From Octopus bimaculoides (taxonomy: Eukaryota): 63,538 nt of DNA. The stretch lies in the NCBI RefSeq assembly GCF_001194135.2, contig NC_069003.1, positions 32,228,232 through 32,291,769 of the forward strand, read 5' to 3'. The notes below the pieces were generated by a model, which saw nothing but the letters and a program-made list of their open reading frames with translations, was not told the DNA's origin and ran no database searches. Numbering within the stretch: position 1 is the first letter of the stretch; every line of letters starts with the position of its first letter. Shown one piece after another: positions 12,511-24,434 of the stretch. Both the position numbers and the translations under genes were made by a program.

Positions 12511-13069
12511 ATTGCATATATAAATTGATTTCTCCAATTTACTTAAGCCCTTTAGTAATGATGGGTTTATAAGCAATGTTTCTGTCAACAGTTAAAGAAG
12601 ATACTTAACTGTTGATAAAATACCAACTCAAGACTGAAACTATTTTGTTTCATTCATTGAATCATTAATGTATCATAAATAAAGACAAGATATTTATATC
12701 TGTCTATTTTTTATCATTTAATTGTTTCAGTCATTAGACTGTGGCCATGCTAGGGCACCACCTTGAAGACTTTTAGTCGAACAAATCAACTGCAGTGCTC
12801 ATTTTTATTTCATTCTTTTGTAAGCCTATTACTTACTCCATAAGTCTAGCTATAGGAAAAATATTACCTTGCTTGAAAACAGGTGACAATTGGTAACAGG
12901 AAGGGCATCCTGTTGTAAAAAATATCTGCCTCAATAAACTCTATCTGACCCATGCTAGCATGAAAACGGGGACATTAAAATGGTAATGAGGATGAATGTG
13001 TCTAAGAAAACGACTTGATGGTCAAAACATCATTGAACGTGAGTCTGCTTGATCATGGTAAACCTGGGA

Positions 13070-13285
13070 CTAAATATTGGTTTCAAATTTTGTCACAAGG
13101 CCAGCAATTTTGAAGGTGGGTTAAGTCGATTACATCAACCCCAGTGATAAACCAGTACTTATTTTATCAACCCCAAACGTATGAAAAGCAAAGCCAACCT
13201 TTACAGAATTTGAACTCAGAATGTAAAGATGGATGGAATGTCACTAAGCATTTTGCCTGGAGTGCTAATGATTCTGCCGGCTTGC
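13070..13285 (-). mobile_element. SINE family A, diverged
   Basis: TTGGTTTCAAATTTTGTCACAAGGCCAGC...GAATTTGAACTCAGAATG...CTTGCCGCCTT. Confidence 0.8.
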
Positions 13286-13614
13286 CGCCTTGCCTAGAGC
13301 TAAATATTAACGACAACAATGACATTCAGAAATTTAAAATATGGGGATGCATTGAGGCTTTGTTTCTTTTCTAGTTCTTGCTTTCAGTGATTTTTAATAT
13401 TAGATAATATGGACTGAAATAGATTATTAGATTAAATTCATTTAATTTGCTATCATTTATTAATGTCAGCTGCCACTAGAAGCAATATCTTAATCGAAAT
13501 AGGAATTGGTCTTTTCTATTATGGACTCTTTCATATGGTCATCTTGCTTGATTGACTTTTCCTTTGGTTAAATTTTAGTAGTTAAGTATTAATAATAACT
13601 TATATAGAATAATA

Positions 13615-13774
13615 AGCTTGCTTCTCAACCACATGGTTTTGGGTTGAGTACCACTGTGTAGCACCTTGAGCAGCATCTTCTGTTAGAGCCCTTGGTCAAC
13701 CAAAACCTTGTGAGTAAATTTGGTAGATGGAAACTGAAAGAAGCCTGTTATGTGTGCGTATATGTATACATGCA

Positions 13775-13806
<32 letters not shown>

Positions 13807-13816
13807 CGATGATGAT

Positions 13817-13855
<39 letters not shown>

Positions 13856-14215
13856 ATGTATGTATGTGTGTTTGTGTTTGGTCCCCATGGTTCATGGTTC
13901 AGTCTCACTTTGTGGCACCTTGGGTAAGTGACTTCTACTATAGCCCTGGGCCAACCAAACCTTGCAAGTAGATATGGTAGTTGAAAACTGAAAGAAGCCA
14001 CTGTGTCCCTATCCATCCATTTGTCCCACACCACCACTTGAAAACTGGTGTTGGTTTGTTTACATTCCTGTAACTTAGCAGTTTACATAAGAGACTGATG
14101 AGATAAGTACCAGGCTTAAGGAAAAAAGTAAGTATTGCTGTCAATTTGTTTGACTAAAATCTTTAAGGTGCTGCTCCAGGTGGCCGCAATCCAATGACTG
14201 CAACCAGCAAAATAT
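13615..14215 (+). mobile_element. Two B-head SINE copies, the second joined to a C tail
   Basis: CAACCACATGGTTTTGGGTTGAGTACCACTG...GGTAGATGGAAACTGAAAGAAGCC occurs twice, then CCCACACCACCACTTGAAAACTGGTGTTGG...AATGACTGCAACCAGCAAAATATAAAAG. Confidence 0.8.
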
Positions 14216-14679
14216 AAAAGATAGCAAAGAAATTATATTATTTTGTGTATCTTAATTGAATGTGAAGACTCGCAGAATATTTTCTTCTGTAAATAATATA
14301 TATTCAAAAATCTCAAGATGGTTTATAAGAAATATAAACTTAAATTGTCACATTTTTGATTGAAGTTTAATAAATCTTTCCAAAGATAACGGGGAACAAG
14401 GGGAGTAACTGTCTTTGTTTCTTATTTCATAAGTGTTTCATATATTTTTTTTTTATCTGTCTACATATATTTTCTAATAATTTTTTTTTGGTGTTTTTTT
14501 TTTTTAATGAGAAAAAATACTTTTTAAAATTCTTGTATTAGTTATTTTTTTTAACACTTGAATCTATTTAATATCTCTGTATTCAATGGAGCTGTTTACC
14601 TTCATTATTATTATTATTGTTGTTATTTTTATATATGATCATCATTGTTATTATTGTTGTTGTCGTTATTGTTATTATT

Positions 14680-14812
14680 TTCAAATTCCACTGAGGTCTG
14701 CTTTGCCTTTCATCGTTCTTGATAAAATAAGTACCAGTTTGAGCAGTGGGGTCAATGTAATTGACTTACTCCTCTCTTGAAATTGCTGGCCTTGTGTCAA
14801 AATTTCAAACTT
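14680..14812 (+). mobile_element. SINE family A, 5'-truncated, set in (ATT)n-rich sequence
   Basis: TTCAAATTCCACTGAGGTCTGCTTTGCCTTTCATC...GCTGGCCTTGTGTCAAAATTTCAAAC. Confidence 0.8.
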
Positions 14813-14815
14813 TTA

Positions 14816-15230
14816 TTATTACCTCTGCCTTAGCGAAGGTGGAGGTACTGTTTTCAGTCATGTTTGTTTGTTTGTCCGTGGACAAGATATCTCAAGAACC
14901 ACTTGATGGATTCGGATGAAACTTTCTAAGACGTTTGGCCTTGTGACTGGCACAAACTGATTAGATTTTGGGATCAATCCAGTACCAGACAAGGATTCTG
15001 GATTATTTGTTATATTTACTTTATTTTACATGAAGTATTACAATCTTACGTTCACTTTCAAGTCTTTCTCTGATTATCTCTCTTGAAAGCACGCTCATGG
15101 TTTCCACGTAAGTTATGGTGATGTTGCTGTTTCCAAAGTTTTATTTTTGCTTCTCTATTATTAATTTTACTTGTATCTCTAATGTTGGTGCTGCTTTGGT
15201 AGAGGTTTGCGCTCTCTGAGTGCTCTTGTT
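14816..15230 (+). mobile_element. Helentron-associated non-autonomous element (HINE/DINE-1-like)
   Basis: 5' hairpin CCTCTGCCTT-AGCG-AAGGTGGAGG, (GTTT)n microsatellite, subterminal inverted repeat GGTAGAGGT (complement of 5' ACCTCTGCC) and 3' stem-loop GCGCTC-TCT-GAGTGC, in a T-rich context. Confidence 0.7.
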
Positions 15231-15304
15231 ATTATTATTATAATTCCACCAAGGTCAACTTTGCCTTTCATCCTTTTGGGGTCGATAAAATAAGATTATT
15301 ATTA

Positions 15305-15515
15305 TTATCAAAGCAGCAAGCTGGCAGGATTGTTGGCATGCCAGGTGAAATGCTTAGCAGTATTTCATCCATCTTTACGTTCTGAGTTCAAATTCCGCCA
15401 AGGTCAACTTTGCCTGTCATCCTTTTGGGATTGATGAAAAAAGTACCAGGGTTAATGTAATCAACTAGCCTCCTCCCCCAAACTTTCAGGCCTTGTGCCT
15501 ATAGGAGAAATGATT
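15305..15515 (+). mobile_element. SINE family A, near full length
   Basis: AAAGCAGCAAGCTGGCAGG...GTTCTGAGTTCAAATTCCGCCAAGGTC...TTTCAGGCCTTGTGCCTATAGG. Confidence 0.85.
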
Positions 15516-15539
15516 ATCATCATTATTATTATATTATTG

Positions 15540-15545
15540 CTTTTG

Positions 15546-15598
<53 letters not shown>

Positions 15599-15645
15599 AA
15601 TTCTTCTTATTATTAATTATTTTTTACTATTATTGTAATTATTAT
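15540..15645. repeat. (ATT)n microsatellite
   Basis: Direct reading. Confidence 0.95.
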
Positions 15646-16244
15646 ATGCTTGTCAGATATCGAGCTATGTTGAAATTTAGTGTTTCTTTTAAAAAAGAAT
15701 GTTATAGTTCTCAAAGTGTATATGTGAGTGTGTGTGTGTGTGTGTGAAACGAAGAAAGAGAAATACAAAGAAGAAAAAAGAAAATGAAACATCTTGACAT
15801 GTTAGAAGTGCTTTTGAGATATTTGATAGCAAATGTAATTATTTTATTTTGCATTTATGGTATGGTTTAGTTTGGACTCTTTCTATTATCATTGTTATTA
15901 TTTCTTTGTGTTAATGATTTCTTTCTTCTTCTTCTTCTTGGTTCCTCCTTCACTTCAAGAAGTGTGATTGCCAGTTTCCATATTAACTGCTGTTATGCTT
16001 TTATTGTTCTTTGAGTTTTTTTAGAAGAGTATCTTTGTCAAGTAATTTCAAATTAGTATTCTAGCAAGTGGAACCAACTTGAGACTCTATGTATGTACAT
16101 ACGTATGTATGTGTATGTGTGTGTGTGTTTAGTTTTGTTTCTAGTTGTTTCTTGTAGTGATTATGCTGCTGCTACTACTGATGGTGATGATACAGAGGTC
16201 AACATTGATTGAGTTCACCTTATAATCAAAGTCATTCCAGCTTT

Positions 16245-16640
16245 GACTTGGCTGTGTGGTAAGAAGTCTGTTTTCTAACCACATGGCTTCAGGTTCAGTC
16301 TCACTGTGTGACACTTTGAGCATGTCTTCTACTATAGCCCCAAGCTGACCAAAGCCTTATGAGTGGATTTAGTAGATGGAAACTGAAAGAAGCCTATCAT
16401 ATATGTGTGTGTGTGTTTGTCCTTTGTCTTGACATAATGTTCGTGTCTTGTCTTGACTTTGAAAGACAAGTATAGAGAGGCAGTGTTGTTTGTTTCTTAT
16501 CTGCTGTAAAAACATGTCCTTCATGAGGAACTTAACTGTCTTGGAAACAGCGTTGACAATAAGAAAGACATTCCGCCATTAAAAATCTGTGTTAATGAAT
16601 TCCATTTGACCCATGCAAGCATGGAAAAAACAGATGTTAG
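16245..16640 (+). mobile_element. Composite SINE, B head + E tail
   Basis: TGGCTGTGTGGTAAGAAG (A-box-like)...CAGGTTCAGTCTCACTG...GGAAACTGAAAGAAGCC-(TG)n-...GACCCATGCAAGCATGGAAAAAACAGATGTTAG. Confidence 0.85.
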
Positions 16641-17994
16641 AATTTCATTGTTTAACAAGTCTTTTTGTTTTTACATGACAACTAATTCTTCCCTTTTTTC
16701 TTCACTGAACAAAGTAATAATGATGTGTAGATGAAATGGTTTGTCTGCTTAAATTCCTTATGCAATTTAAAATCTGTATAACTTTGGTTCTACATACACA
16801 GTAGAATTAATGTATAAAGAATATGTGAAAGAATTTATTACTGTATTTATTTTATGCCCGACAAGTCCTGTAGTAGAGCATATATTGTAAACAATCAAAC
16901 ATTCTCACTGCCTTTCCAAATCCTGTTAGATTTTGCATGAAATTTTTGGTTCTCCAAAGTTGTCTTTTTTTGGTTGTAAATTTTGGTCTGAAATAGTAAC
17001 GAAGCTAGTTTGTTAAATCTTTCATTATATTCGAAATTAATTGAAGTAAACATAGAGTATCTCAACAGAAATATAGTACCAAAAGGGGGATATGTCCACT
17101 TTGGAATTTTTTGTTGAGGCAGATTTTCTATAGCTGGATGCTCTTCCTGTTGCCAATGCTTACCTGTTGCCAAGTAAGATAATATTTCCTCATTGCCAGA
17201 CCTGTTTTCACTGTATTTTGTCATGGAAAAAGTTTCTAGCTGTAGACAAAATAGGTGTAAAAAAATAAAAATACACCAAGTCTGTTCACAGCGTTCCTTA
17301 ACCAGATGAGAGAGAGAGAGAGAGACACACACTCACACACCTCTTTCTGTTTCCTTCTAAATTAAATCACATGGTTTTGGTTGGGTTTAGGGCTATCACA
17401 AAAATAAAAACACTTTCCTAACATATCATGCATTGGGATTGAACCCTGGAACCATGTGGTTGGGAAGCGAACTTCTTACCACACAGCCACACCTCCACCT
17501 AAATTTATAAAAATTTAATATTACACATTTTATTCTGACCCTGTGTAATTGTTGAATTGAATACAGTTTCCATATAAAAGATAGTGTTCAGCTGCAACTG
17601 TTTTATAGAATAAATTTAGATTCCTCATTTTAAATTTAACTGTACAAATTTTCAATGTTTATTTCTGAATGAAAATTTATGAAGGTTGACATTTCACAAA
17701 ATAGTATAAAAATTTATTCTCTTTGTGAAAATGTTTGCAGCTCTTTTAAATCCTCACAAAACATATAAAAAGAATTAATTTTAATATTATCAACATGCAG
17801 GACAGAAATTCAGATTACTCATTTTAAATTGAATTAAACATTTTCAATGTTTATATTTTCTCAATGAAAATTTATTGAAAGTTGTCATTTGTGAAAATTA
17901 TATTTAAAAAAAAAAAAATCAAGAACTGTATCCCATAAAACTTATATCAATCTTGCTGTCTTTATTTTTAGCATTACAAATTTTAGGGTACCCC

Positions 17995-18012
17995 CTCCCT
18001 TGTAACTGCCCT

Positions 18013-18063
<51 letters not shown>
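17995..18063. repeat. (CA)n microsatellite
   Basis: Direct reading. Confidence 0.95.
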
Positions 18064-18067
<4 letters not shown>

Positions 18068-18209
18068 TTCATCTTCATAGTGTGTATCTATGAGGGAGCC
18101 ATTATTCATTGTTAGGGGAAAAAACTCTTTAGTAGCAGGGGCAAATTAAATGTGCATTGAAGCCCCATGAAGTAGGTTTCTGTTGAGAAGCTTATGAATG
18201 ATTCTTCAT

Positions 18210-18480
18210 CATTATCATCATCATCATCATCATCTAACATCTGTTTTCCATGCTGGCATGGATTAGACAGTTTGACAGGAGCTGGCAAGCCAGAGAACTA
18301 TACCGGGCTCTACTGTCTATTTTAGCGTGGTTTGTATGGCTGGATGCCCTTCCTGATGTGGTACCAGCACTGGTGAGGTCTGTTTTGACATGGGTTTTAT
18401 GGTTGAATGCCCTTCCTAATGCCAACACCCTTTACAGAGTGGACTGGGTGCTTTCTACTTGGCACCAGCACAGGTGAAGT
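18210..18480 (-). mobile_element. Family D retroposon inserted inside the foldback loop
   Basis: (CAT)n CTAACATCTGTTTTCCATGCTGGCATGG...GGATGCCCTTCC. Confidence 0.85.
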
Positions 18481-19380
18481 GCCATTTGAATTCATTTTAT
18501 AAATTCAAAATTGGTAATTTTTTTTATATTCACTTTCCATACTAATATGAATTGAATGAAACTCCTTGAGACAATATTCTAAGCTGGAGACCCTTGTTTT
18601 TAAATATGGTATTTTATTCCACTGGTTTTGCACATCAAAATTACTGAGCTTACTTATGTATATTTATGTTCTTTGTCTTAGAATGCAATATATTTTTTGT
18701 CCAACCCATAGCAACTTGGAACAGTGTAAGCAAAATGATGATGATGCTGGTAGTGGTGTTGGTGAAGCAGGAGAAATAATTTCTACTTGGTAATCAAATC
18801 TTACTGTAGATGTAACTTTAGAATTCTTTACCATTTTCTCACAATCAGTTGAACATTTGCCATTTCCGAACACTCTACTTTGGTTTTGCATATATTGTCA
18901 ATATTTCACCAACAATAATTATTTCAGACATATTTCTTTTTGTAGTTTCTCGTTTCCTTTATTTACTTAGCTCTTTTATTTATTTATTTTTTTCTGTAAA
19001 GTTCAACAAATACGGTAAGAGTTACTATCTATTGTTGCTGATTTATTTAGAAAATGTCAGGTCTTAAAATATATTCTTGATGATTTTTTATATGATTTCT
19101 ACCAAATGACAAATTTCAATAAATTTTCATTCAGAAATAAACATTAAGAACAAGTTTGGTTAAATCTATAATGAGGAATCTTAAATTTCTGTCCCATATG
19201 TTGAAATAATAAAAGAAAAATTCTTTTTATATATATCTTGTGTTGAAGCATTTCCATGAAGGTAGTAGATTTTTATATACTATTTTATCTAATATCAACT
19301 TTCAATAAATTTTCCTCATGAAATAAACAGTGAAAATTAGTTTGGATAAATCTGAAATGAAGAATGTAAATTCTTTATCT

Positions 19381-19445
19381 CAGTGGTCCCCAGTCTTTTT
19401 TTTACACTACAGTCTGGTTTCATGTGAGACAGTTTTGTCACAGAC
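19381..19445 (+). mobile_element. hAT (Charlie/MER1-like) MITE terminus
   Basis: CAGTGGTCCCCAGTCTTTTTT...CTGGTTTCATGTGAGACAGTTTTGTCACAGAC resembles, from memory, the MER1-type end CAGCGGTCCCCAACCTTTTTGG...GGTTTCGTGGAAGACAATTTTTCCACGGAC. Confidence 0.5.
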
Positions 19446-19499
19446 ATAACAAAACACAATAAAGTGCATGATATATAATTTAATTATTACATATGTATT

Positions 19500-19690
19500 G
19501 GTTTCAAATTTTGGAACAAGGTCAGCACTTTTGTGGAAGGGAGAAAAATCGATTACATTGAACCCCCCCCCTCCCCAAAAGGACGAAAGGGAAAGTCTAC
19601 CTCGGCAGAATTCAAACTTAGAGCATGAATACAGATAAAATGCCCCTAAGTGATTTGACTGGCATGCTAACAATTGTCAGCTCGCCATCC
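19500..19690 (-). mobile_element. SINE family A
   Basis: TTGGTTTCAAATTTTGGAACAAGG...ACCTCGGCAGAATTCAAACTTAGAGC...CAGCTCGCC. Confidence 0.8.
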
Positions 19691-19823
19691 TAATTATTAC
19701 ATACATACACAATGCCAAAAACATGCAGTATGTGATGGTCAGTAAAATAGAAATATAATTTTAAAATTTATTCTTTCTGTGTGGTCTAGTACCAAATGAA
19801 CCATGGTCGAGTGGTTAGGGACC

Positions 19824-20013
19824 TCAACTCTTTTGATACCAACTTGCCTGAAACTGCCCGTTTCCATAATAAAAACCTTCCATCAAAATTTCATGTTAAT
19901 TTATATTAAGCTTAATAATGACAGTTATTTCACTAAATTCTTTGTTATTTTGAAAAGCAGTTGAAACAGTGAAGCAGTGTATCTAATCAGAAAAATGGTA
20001 ACAAAAGGGTTAA
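19824..20013 (+). mobile_element. TTAA-flanked piggyBac-type MITE, family F
   Basis: Ends in GGTAACAAAAGGGTTAA. Body is homologous to 34423-34651. Confidence 0.8.
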
Positions 20014-20274
20014 ATGCTTTCAGTCATTAGACTTTATCTATGTTTGGGTGTTATTCTTCAAGATTATTTTTAGTCAGTTACGATAGATGCAGCATGACCA
20101 TGCAGAAAAGAAATTTGATTTGTAGTCATAGAGTCTTGGGTTCATCCCACTGCATAGTACCTTGGGTGAGTTTTTTTTTTTTTTTTTTTTTTTTTACTAT
20201 TGCATCAGATCAATCCAAGTGAGTGAAATTAGATAGATGGAAACTGTATGAAAGCCCATTAGATTAATTGCTCC

Positions 20275-20655
20275 TGTAATTCATAGATACAGCCTTGTCA
20301 TGCAGTGTGAGATGCTAAGTCTGCCTGAGAATATCCACTCAATTTCATTACCTTTAAGTGCAGAAAGCAATTTTATTTAACAATCTATTTCTTATTGAGG
20401 AATGTCAAATTTGAAATTACTTTGTGTTGGAATATGTCAAGTTTATTGAGGCAACATGACTTGCAGAGAATACCAATTCTTTTTTTTTTTTTTTTTGGTA
20501 GATATTTAACATTATTAGGAAAAATATGAAATTTAATCTCACAGTTAAAGGGTTTGGGGTACATGTGCCTGTGGAATGCCCAGCCCCTTTCACACCAATT
20601 CAGTGAGCAAGTAATTCAGTTGATCAAGAAACAGGATTCTCGTCACTGAAACTGA
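20275..20655 (+). mobile_element. Old SINE (family of 60635-61022) interrupted by a family K TTAA MITE
   Basis: SINE body CCTGTAATTC...CAGCCTTGTCA...CTGAGAA, then MITE sequence (~20340-20555) shared with 50040-50259 and ending CACAGTTAAAGGGTT, then SINE resumes GGGTACATGTGCCTGTGG. Confidence 0.7.
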
Positions 20656-20934
20656 TGAAGATCCATTTTTTGGACTCCATCAACTTTGGTAGTTCTTTTC
20701 TGAATTCATCAAAATCTGGACATAACGAGAATCAACACAGATTGAAATACTGCAAGGTATTTCATTCGACTCCAATACTTACTGATATACAATTTTGACC
20801 CTGGAATCAATCCCAATGTGTGGCACCTTGTGCAAAGACTTCTACCAGCTTCTGAGATATACAAGTGAGAGTACAAGTCTTCCTCTTGGACAGGACATCG
20901 ATCTTTCAAAAGCTACTACTTAAAAGATTTTCTG

Positions 20935-21064
20935 GTATATGATTATGATGGAAGGTTTTAATTTAAACATGGATGTTTAAAAAAGGGGGGGGGTGAAAAA
21001 GAAGGATTTTGTATTATAGAACCAGAAGAGCTGGTTTCAGGCAGCATAGTTTCATAAAGGTTAA
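20935..21064 (-). mobile_element. Family F MITE, partial, inverted
   Basis: Reverse complement reads TTAACCTTTATGAAAC...CCTGAAACC...TTAAAACCTTCCATC. Confidence 0.6.
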
Positions 21065-21439
21065 CAAGACCACTGACATTTGATCTATTTGGTTGTCACC
21101 TAACATTTTCTAATTTGCAAATTGAATGAATGATATATTCCTAAAACCAGATGATCTTGGAACCTAATAAATTCCTCGAATTGCATACATATTATTCTTA
21201 CCTGGAAATTGAAGTTGTAGAAGTAGCGGTGGCAGCAGCAGCAGTGGTGGTGGTGGTGGTGATGATCCAATTAATCACCTGCCGGCCATCATAAAATGCT
21301 TTAGAACATAGGGAGTATATGTGTGTGACAAATTGGTTTTGCAAAGTTGAAAGATCATAAAAGTTAATGTAACATGAATAGTGATCAATAGGGAAGCACT
21401 ATAATGGAAACACTGCTGCCTTACAAGTGTTTAAAATCC

Positions 21440-21900
21440 TACAGCTGCAACCAGCCTCAATCACTGCAAACCCAATGAGAGGGCTTCTATCTACATGGTC
21501 TCTCAACTTACTAGAAATAGCAGCCAAAATCTCCCTCAAATCACACTACCATTTTATTTTATCTTTTTTAAAAATCACAAGCTGGCTAATGTTATCTAGA
21601 TTGCATTTCCTCATTGGTGTGTTTAATCAGGGTCAACTTGAGAAGTATAACAATAACAGAAATAATCACTATCAGCCAGCAAGGGAGCCACAAAGTGGTC
21701 GCTCAACCTGCTAGAAATAGCAACTAAGCATCCTCCAATCCACACTACTGTATTTTGTTTTTCTGAATGACACATTTAATAATGTGATAATGCGGTTAGG
21801 AGTACACTATATCTAGAAAAATGATGAAATAATTATGGCTGGATTGCCTTTGTTTATAGGCTTCTTTGATCATGTCTGACCTGGGGCTAAACGCAAACAA
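21440..21900 (+). mobile_element. (AAC)n-tailed retroposon-like repeat, family I (two heads)
   Basis: GTGGTCGCTCAACCTGCTAGAAATAGC...AATCACACTAC...CTGACCTGGGGCTAAACGCAAACAA. Homologues at 22760-22945, 23030-23260, 25905-26290, 42120-42320, 58620-58785, 62455-62545. Confidence 0.75.
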
Positions 21901-22141
21901 CCTTAATCAGTTTACTTTTGTTTTGTGTCATGTCTGATGCAAATAGGTTTTCACATATTCCACTGTTTGCTCTCCAATTACATACTACAAGAACATTGTT
22001 AGTAATGTAATATATTCATTCAATACCTCACCCACGCATACATTTTTGCTTATTCAAAATGTATAAAATTATTTGTACTGTTACTAGATTCATGGTTTAA
22101 CTATTCTTCACTTTTGATTCCACTTGTTAGATGTATACATA

Positions 22142-22206
<65 letters not shown>

Positions 22207-22247
22207 NNNNNNNNNNNNNNNNNNNNNNNNNNNNNNNNNNNNNNNNN

Positions 22248-22294
<47 letters not shown>

Positions 22295-23271
22295 AGGTTA
22301 TTAACTAACACAAAATTAAAACTACACAAAAGCTCTCTCTTTCTCTCTGTGTGTGTACATATAGAAAGTAATCAAAAGAGAAGTGAAAGATAAAATATTT
22401 ATCTCATATGTTGATAGCTGTTTTACAATCTGTATCCAGTTACAGCATCTATGTTAAAGCATCCTAAATACACATATAAGTATACACAGATTTCTTGTCA
22501 GAACCTTTTATGAGTAGTATATATAGGAAAGTTTATATTGACAGGGATTTCAAGTTTCACCTAATGGCTTACTCAACCTGTATTATGCAAGACTTGAAGT
22601 CCCAATCAATACAAACCTAACAATAAATTCATTTATTGTAGATTTATCTTCTTATTACACCACTTCATCAGTAAGAGCTCCATTTGTCATTATTAAAGTA
22701 GATTCAAAATTTAACCACAATTTAGCACAAACAACCAATAATAAGGTGTCTACAAGGTTATCCACCCTACTACAAAAAAAAAGTAGCTAAACCTCCGTAA
22801 ATCGCACTGTAGAAAAGGAGGAGATATTGGTTAATAATCTGAGGTAACATGGTGCCTGTATTAAAGCTGGTGTAGTCACAGATGGAATACCTCTGATCAT
22901 AAGTCTGTGTAATCAAAATTGATCATGAGCTAAGCAACAACTTACTTCTCAAAATTTACAAATCAGCCTTTCTTTCTCGATGTTCTCTGATTTTAAATAG
23001 GATGGGGGAACAATCTCAAGAACTAAGAGGGCCTCATTGAGATAAACCGCTAACTAGAAATAGCAACCAATTTCTCCTTGAGTGTCATCTTACTGTCTTG
23101 AAATTAAGATGGGATGGTTATAGTTGAAACAAAATTGACACTGGTTGCTCAATCCCCATCATGTATAATCTCTCACAAATTACATTCTACTATCTTAAAG
23201 AAAGGAAAAGACATTGTATAATGAACTCCAAGATGCAGTGTGTCTAAATATGTTTGAATAAAAAAACCGAT

Positions 23272-23520
23272 TAAGGTTCATGGTCTAGTTAGGTTGCCTG
23301 CATTCATGATTGCAAGATCAAGGTTTGGATTCCTAGACTGAGCAGTGTGTTGTGTTCTTGAGCAAAACACTTCATTTTACATTGCTCCAGTTGATTCAGT
23401 TGTAAATGAGTAACTTTGTGACAGATCAACTTCTAGTTAAAGAAGAAAGTTGTGATCTTGGTCACTTAGATACCATGGAAACTGAGTAATTGGCCCTATG
23501 AGTTCTAGGTCTCAAGACAG
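23272..23520 (+). mobile_element. tRNA-derived SINE, family J
   Basis: A-box-like TGGTCTAGTTAGG, B-box-like GGTTTGGATTCC, body TGTGTTCTTGAGCAAAACACTTCATTTTACATTGCTCCAGTT...GTAAATGAGTA. Inverted homologues at 41325-41475 and 56140-56345. Confidence 0.7.
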
Positions 23521-24045
23521 AAATATTCAGGGTTTGATGATGTTATGGCTCAAATGCATTTGTTCAATTCATGACCAACATCAATAATCTTGGATATTAC
23601 AAGTGCATAGTTTAAAAAAATTTTTTTTAGAAATGTCTAAGAACTCATATTTTTTTCATTTTCTAGCTGCTAGTACCAATGCTATATTCTTCTCAACTGT
23701 ACAACGAGTAGACACAAGCATGTTTGAGATGATGAGATCCTTGGTACAATCTCACTACAAAGTGTCTTGGGTGATTGTCTTTTACCATAGCCTCACTTTG
23801 TCCAAGTCTTGTGAGTAAAATTGGGTACAAAGAAATGGTGTGAAAACCTGTCAGATAAACCATTCCTGTAATTGAAAGGGTGAACCTTGTCATGCACAAT
23901 GTGTCATGCTAATTGTACCTGCTAATTATATTAAGTGAATTTGTATCTGCTGGATGCTCATTCACTTACATGCTAATTCAATGAACTGGCTGTCCAGTCA
24001 ATCAAAAATCTCAACTACTTGTCATTGAAGCTGATGAGAATCCAT

Positions 24046-24266
24046 TTAACCCTTTTGATACCAACCCTCCTGAGTCAGGTCCTGGTTTTATGATAGAATT
24101 TCCTAATTTAAAGTAATTTAAGTCAGATTCTTCCATCAGAATTTCATGTTCCAAATCCCAGCTTATAAATAACAGAGTTATTTTACTAAATTCTTCATTG
24201 CTTTCAAAATTAATTGAAACAAAAGGTAGTAATATTTTGGCAGAAACATATTAACAAAAGGATTGA
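24046..24266 (+). mobile_element. Family F TTAA MITE
   Basis: TTAACCCTTTTGATACCAACCC...TTAACAAAAGGATTGA. Confidence 0.8.
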
Positions 24267-24434
24267 TCTATGATGCAGACAGGAGAATATTCATTGCATT
24301 CATGTAAAATGACCCTCATACCAAGAGAAATCAGACCGTCAAATGACTTTGGAACCCTTTCAATTTTGCCCTAACTAAGACCACCCTTGCTTGATTCTTC
24401 GATACAAAAACCTTTTACTTTAAAGCTGTTTGTA

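Larger units (their letters stand above)
17497..19790. repeat. Long degenerate inverted repeat (foldback); core arms ~17605-17930 and ~19065-19378
   Basis: The reverse complement of 19065-19378 aligns colinearly with 17605-17930, e.g. AATGAAAATTTATTGAAA(G/T)TTGTCATTTG and TCAACAT...GGACAGAAATT. Each arm is a dimer of a ~195-bp unit. Confidence 0.8.

Noticed and set aside
21200-21300. Minus-strand donor CAG|GTAAGA with an open T/A-rich frame
   Set aside because: The frame is a low-complexity (ACC/GCT)n run and no matching acceptor was found.
23603-23818. Exon-like ORF after a TTTTCTAG acceptor (ASTNAIFFSTVQRVDTSMFEMMRSL)
   Set aside because: The donor is weak and the 3' half is a degraded family B SINE.
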